A stretch of 64,000 nucleotides of DNA from an uncultured Gemmatimonadota bacterium (GCA_964509895.1 CAZDZJ010000006.1:2523-66522); one strand, 5' to 3'. Counted from the first letter of the stretch, positions 27,450-37,019 are shown. Numbers and translations: made by a program. Notes: generated by a model not told the origin, from the sequence alone.

Positions 27450-27898
27450 GCCGCCCCCGTGCTCTCCCCGCCGCCGCCGGAGGACGGCTGCAGCACTCGC
27501 CCGCGCGGCCCGAAAGCCCGATCGAGGGACTTCAACATCCGCTGGATCCGCCGCCGGTTCATACCGAGATCGAAATCTCGCCGGCGTGCGCGCGAGAACA
27601 CATCGACCCGCGTGAGCCCGTTCGAGTCCAGCGCCACCCAGATGGTCAGGTCATCGGCCCACCGCAGCAGCGGGACAACGCACCTCACGGAGATCAGCCC
27701 GAGGTCTTCGTCGCGGTGCGCGAGCGTCCACCACCGCCACCGCCCCACGTACTGAAGCAGTTGGTCCCAGACCCGGGAGAAGGCGATTTCGTACAGCCGC
27801 GGCTCCGGCCCGCCGGGAGCACGGGTGTCCGCCGAATTCTCGGTGAACCAGCGGGAGAATCCGCCGCTCCGTCCGCCCTCGGGAGGCCCCTCCGTCAT
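27446..27898 (-). CDS. DUF1499 family protein
   Basis: The C-terminal block VDVFSRARRRDFDLGMNRRRIQRML matches the S-R-x-G/R-x-x-D-x-G-x-N-x-x-R-I signature I associate with DUF1499. Confidence 0.6.
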   Translation of the reverse strand: MTEGPPEGGRSGGFSRWFTENSADTRAPGGPEPRLYEIAFSRVWDQLLQYVGRWRWWTLAHRDEDLGLISVRCVVPLLRWADDLTIWVALDSNGLTRVDVFSRARRRDFDLGMNRRRIQRMLKSLDRAFGPRGRVLQPSSGGGGESTGAA

Positions 27899-28033
27899 GC
27901 CGAAACCCCGGTTTCCGAGGTTGCCCGCGTTCGGCGCGGGCGGATAGCTTGGCGGTCCGCGGGGCCCGGTCGGCCGGGGCTCCCGGCCTCCGCAGGCAGC
28001 AGGACCACTCTCCCGAAACTCTGACGACTAGAC

Positions 28034-29026
28034 ATGCAGGCCATAATACCGTTGGCGGGAATGGGTACAAGGGTCCGCCCCCACACCCACTCGCGCCCCA
28101 AACCGTTGCTGCGCGTGGCCAATCGGCCCGTGCTTTCCTACGTCGTCGAGCAGCTTCGGGCCGAGGGCGTCGACGAGTTCATCTGCATCACCGGACACCT
28201 TGCCGGGCAGATTCAGGTGTGGATGGCAGAGGAGTTCCCGGGCCTCCCGGTCACCTACGTGGAGCAGGCCGCCCAGCGAGGGACCGCCGACGCGATCGCG
28301 CTGGCCGAACCCCATGTGTCCGGACCGGTTCTCATCGTGTTCGTGGACACGCTCTTCGACGCCGACTTCAGCGTGCTGCATCGCCGGGCGGACGACTCCG
28401 GGATCATCTGGGCCAAGGAGGTGGAGGACTACCAGAGATACGGCGTCATCCTCACCGACGAAGCCGGGTACATGAAGCGGATCATCGAAAAGCCGTCGGA
28501 ACCGGTCTCGAAGCTCGCCAACATCGGCGTCTACTACGTCAGGGATCATGAGCTGATGTTCGAAGGCGTTCGGCATGTGATGGACCGGGATCCCAACCTC
28601 GGGGAGTACTTCCTCACGGACGCCTTTCAGTACATGATCGACCATGGCGCCCGTCTCTATACGGCCGAAGTGGGCGGATGGTTCGACTGCGGGAAGCCGG
28701 AGACCCTGATCGAAACGAACGGCGTGATGCTCGAGCGCGGGCACGGAGGGGATTCGGACCTCCCGGATTCCGTCGCCGTGGAAGGGGCCATCGCCGTCGC
28801 CGCCGACGCCACCGTCGAGACCTCGACCTTGGGGCACAACGTAAGCATCGCGCGCGGAAGCCGCGTGCGTGGCTCGCGGCTCCGGCGCACGATCATCGGT
28901 GCCGACAGCGTCATCGAGGACTGCGACCTCGTAGATTCGCTCGTGGGTGATCGCGTAACGCTTCGGGGCGTACGCGGAAGGGTGAACGTGGGAGACGACG
29001 GAATCGTCGAAGGCGAGCGGCTGTGA
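28034..29026 (+). CDS. Sugar-phosphate nucleotidyltransferase with C-terminal left-handed beta-helix
   Basis: AIIPLAGMGTRVRP.T...PKPLL.V is the NTP-transferase G-loop. The C-terminal third contains hexapeptide-like repeats (..V.IA.GS.V.GS.L..). Confidence 0.85.
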   Translation: MQAIIPLAGMGTRVRPHTHSRPKPLLRVANRPVLSYVVEQLRAEGVDEFICITGHLAGQIQVWMAEEFPGLPVTYVEQAAQRGTADAIALAEPHVSGPVLIVFVDTLFDADFSVLHRRADDSGIIWAKEVEDYQRYGVILTDEAGYMKRIIEKPSEPVSKLANIGVYYVRDHELMFEGVRHVMDRDPNLGEYFLTDAFQYMIDHGARLYTAEVGGWFDCGKPETLIETNGVMLERGHGGDSDLPDSVAVEGAIAVAADATVETSTLGHNVSIARGSRVRGSRLRRTIIGADSVIEDCDLVDSLVGDRVTLRGVRGRVNVGDDGIVEGERL

Positions 29027-30264
29027 GTCAGAACGACCTCATCTACGACTGGAACGCGCTTCCGGGGAGCCACGACTACGCGGCGACGGTGGTCGAACTG
29101 AACGACGAAACGCTGCGAGATGGCCTCCAGAACCCCTCCGTCACGGACCCCCCCATCGAGAGGAAGGTCGAACTCCTCCACCTCATGGTGGACCTCGGCA
29201 TTCACTCCGCCGACATCGGCCTCCCCGGCGCCGGACCCCGAGCGTACGAATCGTGCCTCGCGCTGGCCCGGGAGATCGTCGCCGCCGGACTGCCCATCGA
29301 GGCCACCGTGGCCGCCCGGACGGTCCGCGCCGACATCGAGCCCGTGGCCCGAGTCCAGCAGGCGGCGGGACTGAAGCTTGAACTCGCCACCTTCATCGGA
29401 AGTTCGCCGATTCGCCAATATGCCGAGGACTGGGATGTGGACCGCATCCTCTCCTCGAGCCGGGACGCGATCGAGTTCGCCCGCGAGGAAGGGCTCGACG
29501 TCATGTACGTGACGGAAGACACGACCCGGTCGCGTCCCAGGACGCTCGCCCGGCTCTTCTCGGCCGCGGTCGAGTCCGGGGCACGTCGTATCTGTCTCGC
29601 CGACACGGTCGGCCACTCGACGCCGCACGGCGTGCGGAGACTCGTGCGCTTCGCGAAGGACATCGTCGCGGGAACCGGAGAGCCCGTGAAGATCGACTGG
29701 CACGGGCACCGCGACCGCGGCTTCGGGCTGGCGAACGCGCTGGCGGCGATCGAGGAGGGCGTCGACCGGGTGCATGCCACCGCACTCGGAATCGGCGAGC
29801 GGATCGGCAATGTGGAGATGGACCTGCTGCTCGTGAACCTCCATCTCCTCGGGACGCATCGACACCCGATCGACCGGCTGTCGGACTACTGCCGCGTCAC
29901 CGCGGAGATGTGCGGCGTCGAAGTGCCGCACAACTATCCAGTGATCGGAGACGACGCCTTCCGAACGGGGACCGGCGTCCACGCGGCCGCCATCATCAAG
30001 GCCATGCAGAAGGGGGATGGCTGGCTGGAAGACCGCGTGTACAGCGGCGTGCCGGCCTCGATCGTCGGGAGGAAGCAGATCATCGAGATTTCCCCGGTTT
30101 CCGGTCTCAGCAACGTCCGCCACTGGCTGAGCGAGCATGGCTACGATTCGGAGGACGAGGCCCTCTGCGAAGCCCTGTTCACGCTCGCCAAGAAGGTCGA
30201 CCACACCCTCTCGCTCGAGGAGATCGAAGCCGAGATCGCGCGCGTTCGGGGGGTCGAGGCGTGA
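29023..30264 (+). CDS. 2-isopropylmalate synthase / homocitrate synthase family (HMGL-like TIM barrel), short form
   Basis: GTG at 29023 overlaps the preceding stop (GTGA). DETLRDGLQ, ICLADTVGHSTP and HGHRDRGFGLANALAAIEEG..RVH.T.LGIGERIGN are DRE-TIM metallolyase blocks. At 413 aa it has no LeuA-type C-terminal regulatory domain. Confidence 0.85.
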   Translation: MSQNDLIYDWNALPGSHDYAATVVELNDETLRDGLQNPSVTDPPIERKVELLHLMVDLGIHSADIGLPGAGPRAYESCLALAREIVAAGLPIEATVAARTVRADIEPVARVQQAAGLKLELATFIGSSPIRQYAEDWDVDRILSSSRDAIEFAREEGLDVMYVTEDTTRSRPRTLARLFSAAVESGARRICLADTVGHSTPHGVRRLVRFAKDIVAGTGEPVKIDWHGHRDRGFGLANALAAIEEGVDRVHATALGIGERIGNVEMDLLLVNLHLLGTHRHPIDRLSDYCRVTAEMCGVEVPHNYPVIGDDAFRTGTGVHAAAIIKAMQKGDGWLEDRVYSGVPASIVGRKQIIEISPVSGLSNVRHWLSEHGYDSEDEALCEALFTLAKKVDHTLSLEEIEAEIARVRGVEA

Positions 30265-30854
30265 GACGCCGGATCGCGGCCGCGACGGCCGGACTCCTTC
30301 TCGGCTGCAGCGCCCTCACCGCGCAGGCGGTGCCCGCGGGCGTATCCGTGATCGTGCTCCCGGTGCAGTCGGTCGTCCCCGATCCCGGAGGGACATGGGT
30401 CGGGGGCGCGGCGAGCGCGCAGCGTTCGATCGACCTCCTCAACGCCGAAATCGAATTCGCCATCGCCGAGGAGGCCGGCGCCGCCGACTGGACGCTGGCG
30501 CCCGCCGTGGAGGCTCGTCTGGCGCGCAACCCGACGATCGGTGTCGACCCGCGACGGCTCGCGTACCAGGGCCTGCTCGCGCCGCCGGATCCGCAGGCGC
30601 GCCTCTACGAACCGCTCCACACGCAGCTCCGCCGGATCGCCGCCCTCTTCGGCGCACGCCACGTCGTCCTGCCCCTCGCAGTCTCGTACCGGGAGAGCCG
30701 GGCGGTGCTACGGCTCGCCCTGATAGACGTGCGCCGAAGCGCCGTGCTCTGGCAGGGCGAGATCGAAGGGGCGGAGGCGGAGACCTCCTCCCCACACGCC
30801 CTCACCACGCTTGCCCTGCGCGTGGCCGACCATCTCGCGTCCTCCGGACGATGA
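30261..30854 (+). CDS. Hypothetical lipoprotein/secreted protein
   Basis: GTG at 30261 overlaps the preceding stop (GTGA). VRRRIAAATAGLLLGCSALTAQ is a signal/lipobox. No recognisable domain. Confidence 0.55.
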   Translation: MRRRIAAATAGLLLGCSALTAQAVPAGVSVIVLPVQSVVPDPGGTWVGGAASAQRSIDLLNAEIEFAIAEEAGAADWTLAPAVEARLARNPTIGVDPRRLAYQGLLAPPDPQARLYEPLHTQLRRIAALFGARHVVLPLAVSYRESRAVLRLALIDVRRSAVLWQGEIEGAEAETSSPHALTTLALRVADHLASSGR

Positions 30855-30861
30855 CCCGCCG

Positions 30862-31884
30862 ATGACACGCGTACACGACGTGACGCTTCTGCCGGGCGAC
30901 GGCATCGGCCCGGAGATCAGCCGGGCCACGGTCGCGATCCTCGAAGCGGCGGGGGCGCCGATCCGCTGGCACGAGTGCCTCGGCGGCGTGACCGCCATGG
31001 AGGCCGTCGGCGAGCCGCTCCCGCAGGCGACGCTCGAGTCGATCGAGGCAACCGGCGTTGCCCTGAAGGGGCCGCTCACGACGCCCATCGGCTCGGGTTT
31101 CCGGTCGGTGAACGTCGCGCTCCGCAAGCACTTCGACCTCTACGCCAACGTCCGTCCCGCGGTCACGCTCCTCCCGGCGGCCCGCTATCCGGACGTGGAC
31201 CTCGTCATCGTGCGCGAGAACACCGAAGGCCTCTACGCCGGGATCGAACACTTCATCGGGATGGAGAACGATCCGCGCGCCGTCGCCGAGTCCGTCATGC
31301 TCATCACGCGCTACGGGTCGCGCCGGATTGTCCGCTTCGCCTTCGAGTACGCCCTCGCCCACGGCCGGCGTCTCGTGACCCTCGTCCACAAGGCGAATAT
31401 CCTCAAGTACACGCAGGGTCTCTTCCTCGAGGTCGGCCGCAACGTCGCGGCCGAGTACGAGGGGCGGGTCGAATTCGACGACAGGATCGTGGACGCCACG
31501 GCAATGCAGCTGGCGCTGGACCCATACCGCTTCGACGTGATCGTAACGGAGAACATGTTCGGCGACATCCTCTCCGATCAGGTCGCCGGTCTCATCGGAG
31601 GGCTCGGTTTCGCCCCGGGCGCGAACCTGGGCGAACGGGCGGCCATCTTCGAGGCCGTGCACGGATCGGCGCCCGACATCGCGGGGAAGGGGATCGCGAA
31701 CCCCACATCCCTTCTGCTCGCCGGGTGTCTCCTGCTCGACCACCTCGACGAGCAGGGGGTCGCCGAGCGCATCCGGGCCGCCCTGCACCGGACCCTGCAG
31801 GAGGGTGCCGGCTATACGCCGGATCTCGGCGGTTCGGCGAGCACCGCCGAGTTCGCCGACGCCGTAATGGAGCGGCTGGAATAA
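30862..31884 (+). CDS. NAD-dependent isocitrate / homoisocitrate-type beta-decarboxylating dehydrogenase
   Basis: LLPGDGIGPEI, LKGPLTTP.G.GFRS.NV.LRK.FDLYANVRP, VRENTEGLY and N.FGDILSD...GL.GGLG..P are blocks of the isocitrate/isopropylmalate dehydrogenase family. The KGPL..P/LRK pattern points to the IDH3/HICDH subgroup. Confidence 0.88.
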   Translation: MTRVHDVTLLPGDGIGPEISRATVAILEAAGAPIRWHECLGGVTAMEAVGEPLPQATLESIEATGVALKGPLTTPIGSGFRSVNVALRKHFDLYANVRPAVTLLPAARYPDVDLVIVRENTEGLYAGIEHFIGMENDPRAVAESVMLITRYGSRRIVRFAFEYALAHGRRLVTLVHKANILKYTQGLFLEVGRNVAAEYEGRVEFDDRIVDATAMQLALDPYRFDVIVTENMFGDILSDQVAGLIGGLGFAPGANLGERAAIFEAVHGSAPDIAGKGIANPTSLLLAGCLLLDHLDEQGVAERIRAALHRTLQEGAGYTPDLGGSASTAEFADAVMERLE

Positions 31885-32219
31885 TGGAGCGGGAGGGAAT
31901 GGAAGAGCTTCAGTTCAAGGGCGTGATGTGCGGCGCCTGCGGCCGGTTTTTTCCGAAGGCGCGCCTGGACGCCGACGACTGGTGCGAGGGCTGCGGGCCG
32001 CGCATGCAGCGGCGCATGCGCGTGTGGCGCCACGTGGTTGCCTCGAGCATCACGCTGCCCTTTGCGGTCTGGATCCTGATCTGGCTCCGGTCCTCCCCGG
32101 CCCTCGGGTTCCTGCCGGCGTACGCGTGGGGGTTGCCGCTCGTGGCCGCCTACTATCTCGGCTTCCGCATCGGCCGCGAGGTCGTGAAGGGCTACACGCG
32201 ATGGCGTATCGCCAGATAG
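31884..32219 (+). CDS. Zinc-ribbon (CxxC..CxxC) protein with two transmembrane helices (hypothetical)
   Basis: ATG at 31884 shares one base with the dehydrogenase stop (TAATG). CGACGRF...CEGCGP is followed by two hydrophobic helices. Confidence 0.55.
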   Translation: MEREGMEELQFKGVMCGACGRFFPKARLDADDWCEGCGPRMQRRMRVWRHVVASSITLPFAVWILIWLRSSPALGFLPAYAWGLPLVAAYYLGFRIGREVVKGYTRWRIAR

Positions 32220-32467
32220 GCCCCCAGCCCCGTGTCCGGAACAGCCTCCGGACCGTTCTGGGGCTGCCCGCCTCGGCCCTCGCGGCGATGGTCGGGATCG
32301 TTCTCGTCATCAACCCCCGGGCGTTCGGATGGGTGGGCGTTGCCGGGGGCGCCGTGCTCACCGCCGCCGCCATCGTGCTCGGCGTGCATTACTTCCGCGC
32401 GGCTCCGTCCGCCGCCAACCAATTCGCAGCCTCGAGCTGCCCGGAATCCGGAGAAAACCACGAATGA
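32201..32467 (+). CDS. Small hypothetical membrane protein (2 TM)
   Basis: Internal ATG at 32201 of ORF 31928..32467. It has two hydrophobic helices, and its stop overlaps the gcdH-like ATG (ATGA at 32464-32467). It overlaps the previous gene by 19 nt. The call is weak. Confidence 0.4.
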   Translation: MAYRQIGPQPRVRNSLRTVLGLPASALAAMVGIVLVINPRAFGWVGVAGGAVLTAAAIVLGVHYFRAAPSAANQFAASSCPESGENHE

Positions 32468-33645
32468 GTTTCGAGGGTGTCGACTATTTCGATCTCGACG
32501 CGCTCCTCGACGAGGAGGAGATCGCCATTCGGGATCTGGTGCGCGATTGGGTGGACCAGGAGGTCCTGCCCATCATCGGCCACCATTACATCGAACGCAC
32601 GTTCCCGCGGGACCTCATCCCGCAGATGGGGGCACTCGGCTTCTTCGGGGCGAACCTCCCCGACGCGTACGGGTGCGCGGGCCTCAACAACGTGGCCTAC
32701 GGCCTCATCATGCAGGAACTCGAGCGGGCGGATTCGGGCGTGCGCTCCTTCGTCTCCGTGCAGAGCGCCCTCGTCATGTACCCCATCTTCGAATTCGGGT
32801 CCGAGGCGCAGCGGCGCGAGTGGCTCCCGCGGCTGGCGACGGGCGAATCCATCGGCTGCTTCGGCCTCACCGAGCCGGACTTCGGCTCGAACCCCGGGGG
32901 CATGATCACGCGGGCGGTCGAGGATGGGGATGAGTGGGTCCTCAACGGCGCCAAGATGTGGATCACGAACGGGTCGATGGCGGATGTCGCCGTGATCTGG
33001 GCCAAGACCGGCGACCTCGACGACGTCGGTTCGATCCGCGGCTTCATCGTCGAGACCGGGCGCGACGGTTTTTCGGCCAGCGACCAGAAGGGGAAGCTCT
33101 CCCTGCTCGCCTCCGACACCTCCGAACTCGTCCTGCAGGACGTGCGGGTGCCGCGCGCGAACCTGCTGCCCGGCAGCGGGGGGCTCAAGAGTCCGCTCAA
33201 GTGTCTCACGCAGGCGCGCTACGGGATCTCGTGGGGCGCCGTCGGCGCGGCCATGGCCTGCTACCGGGAATCGGTCGAATACGCGAAGAACCGGGTGCAG
33301 TTCGACGGGACGCCGATCGCGCAGACGCAGATCCAGCAGGTCCGGATCGCCGACATGCTAACGGAGATCACGAAGGCACAGCTCCTCTGCCTCCGGCTCG
33401 GCCGGATGAAGGACGAGGGCACGATGCGGCCGCAGCACGTCTCCCTCGCGAAGCGAAACAACGTGAATGTGGCGTGCGAGTGCGCCCGCGAGTCGCGGCG
33501 CCTGCTCGGCGCGAACGGGATCCTCGCCGAGTACGCCTCGATGCGTCACATGGCGAACCTGGAGTCGGTCTACACCTACGAGGGCACGCACGACATCCAC
33601 TCCCTCATCCTGGGACACGACGCGACCGGCCTGCCGGCCTACTAG
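32464..33645 (+). CDS. gcdH: Glutaryl-CoA dehydrogenase (acyl-CoA dehydrogenase family)
   Basis: Internal ATG at 32464. GCFGLTEPD.GS.P, KMWITNG, YEGT.DIH.LILG and the N-terminal DLL..EE..IRD pattern are typical of GCDH-type ACADs. Confidence 0.85.
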   Translation: MSFEGVDYFDLDALLDEEEIAIRDLVRDWVDQEVLPIIGHHYIERTFPRDLIPQMGALGFFGANLPDAYGCAGLNNVAYGLIMQELERADSGVRSFVSVQSALVMYPIFEFGSEAQRREWLPRLATGESIGCFGLTEPDFGSNPGGMITRAVEDGDEWVLNGAKMWITNGSMADVAVIWAKTGDLDDVGSIRGFIVETGRDGFSASDQKGKLSLLASDTSELVLQDVRVPRANLLPGSGGLKSPLKCLTQARYGISWGAVGAAMACYRESVEYAKNRVQFDGTPIAQTQIQQVRIADMLTEITKAQLLCLRLGRMKDEGTMRPQHVSLAKRNNVNVACECARESRRLLGANGILAEYASMRHMANLESVYTYEGTHDIHSLILGHDATGLPAY

Positions 33646-33649
33646 TTCG

Positions 33650-33686
33650 GCCCGGGGGGGTCGGCCGCCTCGGCGCCCCCCCGGGC
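33650..33686 (+). terminator. GC-rich stem-loop after the gcdH-like gene
   Basis: GCCCGGGGGGG (33650-33660) pairs perfectly with CCCCCCCGGGC (33676-33686) around a 15-nt loop. There is no U-tract. Confidence 0.35.
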
Positions 33687-33755
33687 TCTGGCCCGCATCC
33701 AGCCGGGGCCGCACGTTTCCCCGCGCACACGACCCGCTTCACGAGGCAGAGAGCC

Positions 33756-36700
33756 ATGTCCAACGTTCCCCGTTTCTCCGTCAGTCTCGCCCTCGCCCTC
33801 GCGGCCGCCGCGCCGCTGGGAGCGCAGCAGCTCACGCCCGAACAGTACGAGGGGCTGCGGGCGCGCCACATCGGACCCGTCGGCAACCGCGTCTCCTCGG
33901 TGGCCGGGGTGCCCGGCGACCGCAACACGTACTTCGCCGGCGCCGCGACGGGCGGCCTGTGGAAGACGGACGACGCCGGCCTTCACTGGCGGCCGGTGTT
34001 CGACGACCAGCCGGTGCACTCGATCGGCGCCCTCGCCGTCGCCCCGAGCGACCACGCGGTCGTGTGGGCGGGCACCGGCGAGACCTCGATCCGCTCGAAC
34101 GTCTCGATCGGGAACGGCGTCTGGAAGTCGACGGACGGCGGCGAGAGCTGGGCGCACATGGGGCTGGAGGGCACCGGGCGCGTGGGGCGGATCCTCATCC
34201 ACCCCCGCGACGCGGACGTCGTCTACGTCGCCGCGCTCGGCCACGCCTACGCGGAGTCGGACGAGCGCGGCGTGTACCGCACGACCGACGGCGGCGCCTC
34301 ATGGGAGAAGGTCCTCTTCGTGGACCGCGGAACGGGTGCCTACGACATGGTCATGGACCCCGCGAACCCGCGGAAGATCTTCGCCACGATGTGGGACATC
34401 GATCTCAAGACGTGGAAACGCGACAGCGGCGGACCGGGGAGCGGGCTCCACCTGACGACGGACGGCGGCGACACGTGGACCGAGCTCGAGGGCAACGGGC
34501 TTCCCGCCGGGACGCTCGGGAAGATCGCCGTCTGCATGTCCACATCGGACTCGGACCGGGTGTACGCTCTCATCGAGACGAGCGACGGCGTGCCGATGGA
34601 GGGCTACGAGACCGACACCGGCGAGCTGTGGAGCAGCGACGATGGTGGCCGCTCATGGCGGCTCGTGAACTACAGCCACAACCTCGCGACGCGGCAGGCC
34701 TACTACACCCGCTGCGGCGTCTCCTCGGGCGACCGCGACGAGATCTACTTCCTCTCGTCCAGCTTCAGCGTGAGCCGTGACGGGGGCGCGACGTACGAGA
34801 TGTTCAACTTCCTGGGCGGCGGTCCTCCGGGCGGCGACCCGGCCGCCCCGGGGTGGGACCTGCACGACGTGTGGGTCGATCCGCACAATCCGGACCGCAT
34901 CTTCATCGGCGGCGACAGCGGCGTCGCGATTACCGAGAACCGGATGAAGTCGTGGTCCCGCATGCAGCTGCCCATCGCGCAGATGTACCACGTCACGGTG
35001 GACAACGAGATCCCCTACAACGTGATGGGGAACCGGCAGGACGGCCCCTCCTACCACGGGCCGTCGAACACGCGCTACACCGGCTTCTGGGCGCGCGGAC
35101 TCATCCCGCGCGGCGACTGGACGACCGTCGGCGGCGGCGAGAGCGGCTTCGCGACGCCCGACCCGACGGATCCCAACATCGTGTGGTCGAGCGCCTCCGG
35201 GGCCGGCGCGGTCGGCGGCATCGTCGTGCGCCACGACCGGGAGCGCGGCCAGTTCCGGGACGTCGAGGTGTGGCCCGAGTCCACCATGGGGTATCCGGCG
35301 GAGGAGATCCGCTACCGCTTCCAGTGGACCTTCCCCCTCCTCATTTCCCCGCACGACAACGAGACGATCTACGTCACGAGCCAGCACGTGCACCGCACGC
35401 GCAACCGGGGCCAGAGCTGGGAGGTGATCAGCCCGGACCTGTCCACGAACAACCGCGAGCGGATGACGATCTCCGGCGGGCTCACGCCCGACAACATCGG
35501 GGTCGAGTTCTGCTGCGTGATCTACGCCTTCGACGAATCGCCCATCGAGCAGGGGGTCTTCTGGGCCGGGACGAACGACGGCCTCGTGCAGGTCAGCCGG
35601 GACGACGGCGCGACGTGGACGAACGTCACCGAGAACATCCCGAACCTGCCACCCGACGGCATCGTGCGGAGCATCGACGCGTCCCGCTACGACGTCGCCA
35701 AGGCCTACATCACGATCGAGCACCACCAGGTCGGCGACTTCGAGGCGCGCGCCTACAGGACGGACGACTTCGGTGCGACGTGGACGCAGATCACGGACGG
35801 GGTCGACAACTACCCCGTCGACTACACCCGCTACCTGCTCGAGGACCCGGTGCGGCCGGGGCTCCTCTACCTCGGCACCGAGACGAACGTCTACATCAGC
35901 TACGACGATGGGGAGAGCTGGCAGCTGTTCATGCCGAACCTCCCGCCGACGCCGTACTACGGGCTCATCATCCAGGAGCACTTCAACGACTTCGTGGCCG
36001 GGACGTACGGGCGGGGCTACTGGATCCTGGACGACCTGAGCGGCGTGCAGCAGCTCACGCCCGGGATCGCGGCCTCCGACGCGCACCTGTTCGCGCCCCG
36101 TGACGCGTACCGCTTCAACGACATCGCCGAACCCCAGGTGATGTACGAGGACTGGTCCGTGGGCGAGAACCCGCCCAACGGCGCGTCGATCAACTACTGG
36201 CTCGGTGACGGGGAAGGCCGCGAGGTGAAGGTCCGGGTCGAGAACGCCGAAGGTGAGACGCTGGCCACCCTCGATGGCTCGAACCACGACGGCTTCAACC
36301 GCGTGTGGTGGAACTTCCGCGGCCCCGATGCGAAACCGATCCAGTACCGGACGAAGCCCCAGTTCGCCGACTGGATGCCCATGCCCGAGGTCTCGCGGCA
36401 GGTCGGCGGCGGCTTCTTCGGCTTCGGCGGCGGGCCCCGCCAGCCGCCGGGCACGTACACGGTGACGCTCGTCGTGGACGGCGAGGACGTGGGGTCCGAG
36501 GAACTGACGGTCCTCCGGGATCCGAGTTCCGAGGGGTCGATGGCGGACATCATGGCCCAGAAGGCGCTGCTCGACGGCATCGTCGAGGACCGGAACCGGC
36601 TCGCCGACCTCGTCAACCAGATCGAACTCCTGCGCCGCCAGATCCATGACCTGCGTCCCGTGCTCGAGGAAGCGGGGGATGCGGAGGACGTGCTCGAGGC

Positions 36701-37007
36701 GGGAGAGGCGCTCGACGAGTCGCTCATCGAGGTGGAGGGCGAACTCGTGCAACTCAAGGACACCGGCGCGGACGGGGTGCGCTGGCCCTCGATGATCGGC
36801 GGTCGCCTGTCGTACCTCCAGCGCACCGTGGGGACGGCGGACTTCCCGCCGACGGACCAGCACGCCGAGGTGGCGCAGATCCTCAGCGACCAGATCGACG
36901 AGGTGGAGCTCCGGCTCCAGGAGGTGCTCGCGGACGAACTCGCCGAGTTCAACCGGATGCTCCAGGCGAGAGTGGGGCGTGTCATCACCACGGACCAGGA
37001 CGGGTAG
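33756..37007 (+). CDS. Secreted BNR/sortilin (VPS10)-like beta-propeller repeat protein
   Basis: Internal ATG at 33756 with signal peptide SLALALAAAAPLGAQQ. Repeated S.DGG.SW / T.DGG.TW BNR-Asp-box motifs (KSTDGGESW, RTTDGGASW, TTDGGDTW, SSDDGGRSW, SRDDGATW, YDDGESW). Confidence 0.85.
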   Translation: MSNVPRFSVSLALALAAAAPLGAQQLTPEQYEGLRARHIGPVGNRVSSVAGVPGDRNTYFAGAATGGLWKTDDAGLHWRPVFDDQPVHSIGALAVAPSDHAVVWAGTGETSIRSNVSIGNGVWKSTDGGESWAHMGLEGTGRVGRILIHPRDADVVYVAALGHAYAESDERGVYRTTDGGASWEKVLFVDRGTGAYDMVMDPANPRKIFATMWDIDLKTWKRDSGGPGSGLHLTTDGGDTWTELEGNGLPAGTLGKIAVCMSTSDSDRVYALIETSDGVPMEGYETDTGELWSSDDGGRSWRLVNYSHNLATRQAYYTRCGVSSGDRDEIYFLSSSFSVSRDGGATYEMFNFLGGGPPGGDPAAPGWDLHDVWVDPHNPDRIFIGGDSGVAITENRMKSWSRMQLPIAQMYHVTVDNEIPYNVMGNRQDGPSYHGPSNTRYTGFWARGLIPRGDWTTVGGGESGFATPDPTDPNIVWSSASGAGAVGGIVVRHDRERGQFRDVEVWPESTMGYPAEEIRYRFQWTFPLLISPHDNETIYVTSQHVHRTRNRGQSWEVISPDLSTNNRERMTISGGLTPDNIGVEFCCVIYAFDESPIEQGVFWAGTNDGLVQVSRDDGATWTNVTENIPNLPPDGIVRSIDASRYDVAKAYITIEHHQVGDFEARAYRTDDFGATWTQITDGVDNYPVDYTRYLLEDPVRPGLLYLGTETNVYISYDDGESWQLFMPNLPPTPYYGLIIQEHFNDFVAGTYGRGYWILDDLSGVQQLTPGIAASDAHLFAPRDAYRFNDIAEPQVMYEDWSVGENPPNGASINYWLGDGEGREVKVRVENAEGETLATLDGSNHDGFNRVWWNFRGPDAKPIQYRTKPQFADWMPMPEVSRQVGGGFFGFGGGPRQPPGTYTVTLVVDGEDVGSEELTVLRDPSSEGSMADIMAQKALLDGIVEDRNRLADLVNQIELLRRQIHDLRPVLEEAGDAEDVLEAGEALDESLIEVEGELVQLKDTGADGVRWPSMIGGRLSYLQRTVGTADFPPTDQHAEVAQILSDQIDEVELRLQEVLADELAEFNRMLQARVGRVITTDQDG

Positions 37008-37019
37008 GGCGGGCTGCCC

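Noticed and set aside
28034-31884. A phosphonate (FR-900098-like) or alpha-aminoadipate lysine biosynthetic cluster, suggested by the homocitrate-synthase-like, isocitrate-dehydrogenase-like and nucleotidyltransferase genes.
   Set aside because: The window has no PEP mutase, no aconitase/LeuCD-type isomerase and no aminotransferase. A DAP-pathway lysA is present in the same window. I kept this only as a low-confidence idea within a finding.
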